NCBI GenBank assembly: GCA_051252375.1
Contig: JBPOFY010000004.1
Location: forward strand, 32,001 to 96,000
Length of the DNA stretch: 64,000 bases
Direction of reading: 5' to 3'
From: Opitutaceae bacterium
Lineage (GTDB): Bacteria; Verrucomicrobiota; Verrucomicrobiia; Opitutales; Coraliomargaritaceae
The notes under the pieces are model-generated. The model was not told the origin of the DNA. It did not search any database and was given only the letters and a program-made list of their open reading frames with translations. Below are positions 58,398-64,000 of this stretch, one piece after another. Position 1 is the stretch's first letter. Every line of letters begins with the position of its first letter. The position numbers and the translations under genes are program-made.

Positions 58398-61238
58398 TTA
58401 ACTAAAACTAACCGTCAAAGTCTGCCCCTCCTTGAGCTTCAGCCCATTGGCAAAACTCAGGACGTAGCGACCAGACTCTTCTATAAATCCGACTTCGAGT
58501 GATTTGCCGTCGATCTCGACCTTGGCTTGAGAGGCGCTGGATGAAGTTGCTTTTCCAAAAGCAAGCTCGTTCAAGGTCAACTGACCGTATCGAAGCTCGA
58601 TCTTCTCTGTCTGTATGCCTTGCACAACCTTCTGCGAGAAGCTGCCCCAGCCTTCGGCCGTTGTGAACGGCGCCTTAAAGTCTTCGGGGTGAATGCGTGG
58701 TGCAAATGCGAGATATCCTTTCGGTCCATGATACTCGTAGCCGCAAGCCGCTAGGAACACGCCATAGCTCGCCATCGAACGCGCGTAGTGATCACCGCAT
58801 TCAATCTCGTTGTAGGGGTTACGCTTCGCAGCACCATAGCGCTCGTGCACTGCTTTGGTGATCGCGAGGCCCTTTTCGACGAGAGCTGAATTCGGTTCGC
58901 CTTCATAAAGCATATGAGCCGCGACCTGATATTCGAAACCGTTCATGCATTCGTTAAAGTAGCCACCGACTCCAGAGAACTTCTTCGGGTTCTGCTTGGA
59001 ACGCAGCTTATTACCAGGAACAGCTTCCATCGCTCCACCCTTTGGCCAAGTCGTCATCAACAGGCCCGCTTCGCCAGGCATGGCATACCAGCGGAAGGCG
59101 GATTCGATTTGAACATGATCGAGCGCATACTGCCCCGCATCGGGTGCAAAATTATATTTCCAAATGCTATTGAGTGCAGAGACGGTTTCTATCTTTGGGA
59201 TGATGCGCCCCAAGCCGACTTGGTGCACCCAAGCCTGACCAATCACTTGGTCAATATGACAGCCTTTGTTGGTGTTAAGCGCCTTTTGTGGTGTTGGCTT
59301 GTGAATGAAATATTCGCCGTCGAACACTTCAGCGACGATGTTCTTATAACCTCGGTCAAGAAGCGTGCGGCACTTTTTGGCATAGTCTAAATCGCCCACT
59401 TCCTTCGCCATCGCTTCAGCTGCAGCCAAGGCACCGAGATAAACACTACTCAACCACCCCATCGGTCCATACCACGCAGCATCGAGCGTGTGCGGTTGTT
59501 TGCCTTCCCACATGCCGTTTTCGTCGGGGTCTTTTCGAATAAGGAAATCGGTCGCTATCTTAACCTGTGGCCACAAGCGTTTGAGGAAAGCATCATCCGT
59601 CGACATCTGGTGCTCGCGATAGACTCGCATGATCGAGCCTGCATGCCCGTCGACTGCTTCTTTGCCCCCCTTCTGATGGTATTCAGCACGGTCTTTGATC
59701 ATACCGCTCTTCGCTTCCATCCCGATGCCCGGCACGAAATCGACTTTCTCACGGAATGCTCGTTCGACCTCTGGAAAGATGCGTCCCAAGGCTTGCGCGT
59801 AATACCACACGTGCGTGCAGGTGCCCGGGCAACACTCGACGCCTTCCCAACCATACGGACGACCATCATCGAAATAGTGGAATGTCTGCGTCGCGATACA
59901 ATCGAGCCCGATGAATGTGCGATCGAGCAGCCAGTATGGCAGCGTGCTGTCATACCACGTGTTGTTCCAAGCATGAGTGCCTTCGAGAATGCGCTTGTTG
60001 TCGCTAGTCAGATACTCTGCCACTTCTTCAGCCGAATTGAAGTGATTGCTATACAAACGTTTTCTACCACGGAAGATATGCTGTGATCCTTGCTTGGCCC
60101 CTTTGAGCGGCTTCGCATCAATTTCAGCATATTCAGGGAAGAACCAAGTGATCGCAAAATCGACTGTTTTAGATGCACCAGGTGCCAATTTGAAAGTGGC
60201 GATCAAGCCGCCAACTAGAGGCTCGCTGAGTGGCTTGTAGGTGTCCTCGGTAGCACTGTTTGTTGTCGCCTGATAAACAAATCCAGTCACCCCATTGGCA
60301 CCGTCAAGGGAAGTCGCAGCTGAAACCTTGAGCCCCTCTTCTTGACTCTTCTCAAGAAGCGACAAAGTCATGGATCCGTAGCCATGCTTCGCATCCAGTC
60401 CCGGCCCTTGAATCGTGCTCACGATGCTGGTGCTCCCTTCAGACTGCACAAAACGATTAATGCGCTGCCCCTTCGCGCCGACAGGGAGATAAGGACATGT
60501 TGCATTTTGCAGCCATCCGCCCAAGTCAACTTCAACAGTTGCCTTCGATGTATTAGTCACAGTGTAAGACATCACGGTTGCCGGAAGCGCAGAGTCTTTA
60601 GTATTAAGTGGTATGAAGGGGCTGAAAGCCTGAAGTTGCACTTTAACCGGCGAATCCGAATCTTCGTAGCTGACCTTTCCGACGGGATACTCACCACGAA
60701 ATTTGATATCGGTGAACCCCTGCTGATCGAGTGTCTTAGTGCCCGACGTAGTGCGAATCAGGAAGCCTTGATTTACATCCACACCATTCTGCACGCTGTA
60801 TTGTTTACCTTGTGCTATCGGATGCGCGTAATTCCCCCCCATGGGAAAAGCAGCGATCATGTTACCAGGATTCGGCACGCGGAAGTAATTGCTCTTAAAA
60901 ATATCCCAGAGCCAAAGTTTACCATCACCTCCGAGGTAGAGCTGTCCACAACCCATACCACCAATCGGCATGCCGACATATTTGAGTTCATCGCCCTTGA
61001 GCAGCTCAGCCACACCGCGCTGCGTCAGCGAAGCCAGCCACTGCGCGGTCAACTTCTTATCGAAAGGAACAAGGCTATTGGCGACATCTGCTTTCGAGAA
61101 GGGACCAGCCATCACTGGAAACCCTGCGAATGTTAAGCCAGCGACTGAAAGCGCACCGGCCTTAATAAACCCTCTACGCGAGACTTCGATGTCTTCGCAT
61201 GAACCTACACCTGGTTTGGCCTGGTTATCTTTTTTCAT
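58398..61238 (-). CDS. Tat-exported GH116-like glycoside hydrolase (GBA2/DUF608-type)
   Basis: SRRGFIK signal; GMPIGGMGCG, AFSPFIP..DSALP, GWEGVECCPGTCTHVWYY, DQVIGQ, ECMNGFEY and RNPYNEIECGDHYARSMASY. Confidence 0.85.
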   Translation of the reverse strand: MKKDNQAKPGVGSCEDIEVSRRGFIKAGALSVAGLTFAGFPVMAGPFSKADVANSLVPFDKKLTAQWLASLTQRGVAELLKGDELKYVGMPIGGMGCGQLYLGGDGKLWLWDIFKSNYFRVPNPGNMIAAFPMGGNYAHPIAQGKQYSVQNGVDVNQGFLIRTTSGTKTLDQQGFTDIKFRGEYPVGKVSYEDSDSPVKVQLQAFSPFIPLNTKDSALPATVMSYTVTNTSKATVEVDLGGWLQNATCPYLPVGAKGQRINRFVQSEGSTSIVSTIQGPGLDAKHGYGSMTLSLLEKSQEEGLKVSAATSLDGANGVTGFVYQATTNSATEDTYKPLSEPLVGGLIATFKLAPGASKTVDFAITWFFPEYAEIDAKPLKGAKQGSQHIFRGRKRLYSNHFNSAEEVAEYLTSDNKRILEGTHAWNNTWYDSTLPYWLLDRTFIGLDCIATQTFHYFDDGRPYGWEGVECCPGTCTHVWYYAQALGRIFPEVERAFREKVDFVPGIGMEAKSGMIKDRAEYHQKGGKEAVDGHAGSIMRVYREHQMSTDDAFLKRLWPQVKIATDFLIRKDPDENGMWEGKQPHTLDAAWYGPMGWLSSVYLGALAAAEAMAKEVGDLDYAKKCRTLLDRGYKNIVAEVFDGEYFIHKPTPQKALNTNKGCHIDQVIGQAWVHQVGLGRIIPKIETVSALNSIWKYNFAPDAGQYALDHVQIESAFRWYAMPGEAGLLMTTWPKGGAMEAVPGNKLRSKQNPKKFSGVGGYFNECMNGFEYQVAAHMLYEGEPNSALVEKGLAITKAVHERYGAAKRNPYNEIECGDHYARSMASYGVFLAACGYEYHGPKGYLAFAPRIHPEDFKAPFTTAEGWGSFSQKVVQGIQTEKIELRYGQLTLNELAFGKATSSSASQAKVEIDGKSLEVGFIEESGRYVLSFANGLKLKEGQTLTVSFS

Positions 61239-61244
61239 CCTTAA

Positions 61245-62801
61245 TTACTTTTTCTTAGGTATTTTTATATTAATCCAGCCGATGCGTTTAGTCTTCGGGA
61301 TACGTGCCATCTCCTCCTGCTGTAAAGCGGCGAGTTCGGCAGCAATCTCGGGATAGTCTTTGATGACGTTTTTGGACTGCGTCACGTCATCGCCCAAATT
61401 GTAGAGCTGGGCGTTCGGCGCATCCTTACGAAACTCCCCATCCACAACATCGCTATTCTGCTTACCCATAAATGTAACCGAAGCGGCGCCACCCATGTGA
61501 TGACCGCCGACCTCATGCCCTTGGAAGCCACCCTCCCCACGGTTCGGGATATAGACCCAATCACCCTTTCGGATCGACAAGTGAAAGGGACTGTTTGGAC
61601 AAATCACGAGTGTGTCTCGGACCGCTGTCTCGGGAGCGCCCGTAATCGTCTCTAATTGATTGAGGCTGTCCTCCGGATTGTCGAGTGGTTGGTCCACAAT
61701 CTCTGCAAAAGTTGCGAGAAAATCAATATGACTGATCAGCGCATTCGAAACTGTCCCAGCCGGCACCTTGCCCGGCCAACGAATGATCATAGGCACGCGG
61801 TGACCGCCCTCCCATGCACCAAACTTAGAACCTAATAAATCGCCGTTCATCAGATGCCCTTTACGGACGGAGCGTTGCCCCTCTTGGTTGAGCATGCCGC
61901 CATTATCACTGGTGAATATAACGATGGTGTTGTCGGCGACTCCTTGCGCTTCGAGTGCGGCCATGATCTGACCGGTCATCCAGTCCAGCTCATGCGTAAA
62001 ATCGCCATAAGCGCCTGCCTCACTCGTGCCAACGAATTGCTTATCGGGCGTAAAGGGGTGGTGAATATTCGTCGTGGAAAGCAACAGGAAGAAAGGTTTG
62101 TCCTTATCGACACCCTCCATCCATTGAATGGAACGTTCGGTTAGATTGACGCCGATCTGATCGTCCACGTAGAGACCATGCGCCACCTTTCCACCACCAA
62201 TACGACCAGCCCCTTTGCCTTCCATCGTCTTCACATGATTACGCCCGCCGTTCTTAATTGGGTCCTTGGGGTCGAGGCCGACAACGTGGTGATTCTCCAC
62301 GTAAATAAAAGGAGGAACACTGTTCGCACAGGGAATCCCATAGAAGTAATCAAAACCTAGTTCCAGCGGTCCCGGCTTCAATTCCCCATTCCAGTCGGGC
62401 GCTTTATCGCCAAACCCCAGATGCCATTTCCCAAAGAAGGCTGTTTGATACCCCGCATTTTTCAGTAAACTGGAGATCGTATCTCGATCTGTTTCAATCG
62501 TTAAGCCGCCACCGCTCGTCACCGGTCCCCAGAAGTTTTCACGGTGCGGATAGCGACCGGTCATTTGCCCATAGCGAGACGGCGAACAGACCGCGGACGC
62601 GGAGTGCGCATCAGTAAACTTCCGACCTTCGGCGGCGAGCTTATCGATGCTCGGCGTTTGGATCTTCTCGGCACCGTAGCAACTGAGGTCTCCATAGCCC
62701 AGGTCATCCGCAAAGATCAAAACAACGTTGGGACGCTCAGCAGCTGGTAAATTCGTCAGTGCTCCAAAGAGAACGACGGTAAATAGATTTCGTATCTTCA
62801 T
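61245..62801 (-). CDS. Arylsulfatase-type sulfatase (S1), paralog of 49640..51187
   Basis: PNVVLIFADDLGYGD, CSPSRYG, TTNIHHPFTP and GDLLGSKFGAWEGGHRVP. Confidence 0.95.
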   Translation of the reverse strand: MKIRNLFTVVLFGALTNLPAAERPNVVLIFADDLGYGDLSCYGAEKIQTPSIDKLAAEGRKFTDAHSASAVCSPSRYGQMTGRYPHRENFWGPVTSGGGLTIETDRDTISSLLKNAGYQTAFFGKWHLGFGDKAPDWNGELKPGPLELGFDYFYGIPCANSVPPFIYVENHHVVGLDPKDPIKNGGRNHVKTMEGKGAGRIGGGKVAHGLYVDDQIGVNLTERSIQWMEGVDKDKPFFLLLSTTNIHHPFTPDKQFVGTSEAGAYGDFTHELDWMTGQIMAALEAQGVADNTIVIFTSDNGGMLNQEGQRSVRKGHLMNGDLLGSKFGAWEGGHRVPMIIRWPGKVPAGTVSNALISHIDFLATFAEIVDQPLDNPEDSLNQLETITGAPETAVRDTLVICPNSPFHLSIRKGDWVYIPNRGEGGFQGHEVGGHHMGGAASVTFMGKQNSDVVDGEFRKDAPNAQLYNLGDDVTQSKNVIKDYPEIAAELAALQQEEMARIPKTKRIGWINIKIPKKK

Positions 62802-62804
62802 AGT

Positions 62805-64000
62805 TTATTTCACTTTCTCCAATATCACATCCTTCAACCCCATAAGACCCTGTCCATATTCGATGGCCTCCGGAGTGATCTCAAGCGCCTTGAGCGTCAG
62901 TTGATAAGTCCCCTTCTCCTCGAATCGCAGCGACCCAAGAGTGACACTTAGCGGACCAGCCTTAAGTGGCGATTTCTTGCCTTTCAATTTTCCCGCCTGA
63001 ACGGCGTGCTCAAAAGATTTGCCCGCAACCTCGACTGCGAAGCGACCGCTCTCCATCCAGCTATAGTAGTTGACCTTCACATCATAGCTACCGGGTTCTT
63101 CCACCTGTAAAGTCCACTCAGCCCAGTCGGATGGATTCGTCCAGCCCTTAAGATTCTCACGCTGCGCGCCTGCACCACTGCCAAGAGAGAAATGCAGCGC
63201 ATCACCGTGGACCTTCGCAAAGGCTGCAGAAAGGAAATAGTCGCCGACACTGACTTTGGAATTTCCGGTTTGAGGTCGCAGTGGTTTACCGAGCGCACGG
63301 ATCGAATTATCCACCACTGGCTCGCCGAACAGCTCAACTTTCAATACAGTCAGAATCGGATCGACAGACTTGGACGGCAGTTGAACGTGCACATCCTGAT
63401 CGACCTGTTTAAAAGAAACAGGCGCATTGTGATTGAGAAATGAAATCTTCTGGATGCCAGCATTTGGTTGCCCCTCATTCAGTCCCGGAATCACAAGCAT
63501 GCCATCCTTCGGCCAATCAAACACTTGATAGTAGATCGTGTTTCCGCGACGCGTGCTGGTGCCCCAATCCAATAGATAATGCGGGCCGCGTTGGGTGCCA
63601 TACACACATTCTCCATTCGCTTCCAACCACTGCCCCAAGGGTTTGAGTTTCTTCACGCTGACGGGAGGCAAAAGACCTTCGGGAGTGGGTCCCATATTCA
63701 TGAGGAAATTGCCACCACGTGATACTGCATCAAACAGATTCCTCATTGCCCAATTCAGAGACTGCGAGGTGTCTCGCCCTTTCCAAAACCATCCCCCATC
63801 GAACTTCTGGCAGCTCTCCCAGGGACGCGACCAGTTGTCGCCGATATAGGGCACAAAATTTTCAGACGAGCCATAATCACCATCACCGACGCGCCGTTGT
63901 CCGACGCGGTCGACCAGCATGATCTCTGGCTGTAGCGCCCGGATGTGATCACGATATTCCATCGCGCGCTCCACCGTCCAACTGTTCACCCATTCTCCGT
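62805..64000 (-). CDS. Alpha-L-fucosidase (GH29), 5' truncated, with C-terminal CBM-like domain
   Basis: The window edge reads (D)GEW, the GH29 nucleophile motif. Also DR..GDGDY..SE, PWESCQ..WFW, VSRGGNFLMNMGP and LGQWLEANGECVYGT. Confidence 0.88.
   Translation of the reverse strand, partial: GEWVNSWTVERAMEYRDHIRALQPEIMLVDRVGQRRVGDGDYGSSENFVPYIGDNWSRPWESCQKFDGGWFWKGRDTSQSLNWAMRNLFDAVSRGGNFLMNMGPTPEGLLPPVSVKKLKPLGQWLEANGECVYGTQRGPHYLLDWGTSTRRGNTIYYQVFDWPKDGMLVIPGLNEGQPNAGIQKISFLNHNAPVSFKQVDQDVHVQLPSKSVDPILTVLKVELFGEPVVDNSIRALGKPLRPQTGNSKVSVGDYFLSAAFAKVHGDALHFSLGSGAGAQRENLKGWTNPSDWAEWTLQVEEPGSYDVKVNYYSWMESGRFAVEVAGKSFEHAVQAGKLKGKKSPLKAGPLSVTLGSLRFEEKGTYQLTLKALEITPEAIEYGQGLMGLKDVILEKVK

Noticed and set aside
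23901..63922. Long antisense ORFs (e.g. 23901..24605, 25787..26623, 45514..46188, 48124..48813, 54292..54972, 60342..61136)
   Set aside because: They are shadow frames of well-supported genes on the opposite strand and carry no family motifs.

Overview
This 64 kb window looks like chromosomal DNA from a marine Verrucomicrobiota bacterium (Opitutia, Coraliomargarita/Lentimonas-like). That is inferred from the PEP-CTERM proteins, the autotransporter-associated beta-strand-repeat proteins lacking beta-barrels, and the dense sulfatase cluster. From 1 to 17 kb it is a cell-surface protein region: a PEP-CTERM protein, a dual cNMP-binding protein, a TMTC-like GT-C glycosyltransferase, and two giant convergent beta-strand-repeat proteins. 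The 3' ~330 bp of those two genes (C-terminal domain plus terminator) are near-identical inverted copies enclosing a RidA gene and two beta-helix genes. From 17 to 47 kb it is mixed metabolism and signalling: sugar isomerase, sugar kinase, S10 peptidase, alginate-lyase-like protein, EEP-MAM protein, cytochrome c, esterase, DUF1080, two hybrid kinases, pseudouridine synthase, metallophosphoesterase, a NarL pair and a PEP-CTERM beta-repeat protein. From 47 to 64 kb it is a minus-strand sulfated-fucan degradation cluster: 6 sulfatases, GH29, GH116-like, SGNH esterase and one unknown protein. The most interesting signals are: (1) a recurring non-PEP-CTERM C-terminal module that appears interchangeable with PEP-CTERM; (2) a shared membrane-anchor/linker/SHD1-like module on two unrelated lyase folds; (3) a perfectly phased 30 x 8 bp G-free array; (4) an inverted-repeat-bounded GxxExxY pseudogene element; (5) an esterase-sulfatase fusion that has lost the sulfatase core. 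I recognised no rRNA, tRNA, CRISPR, transposase or integrase. All family calls are by-eye motif recognition, not database searches.
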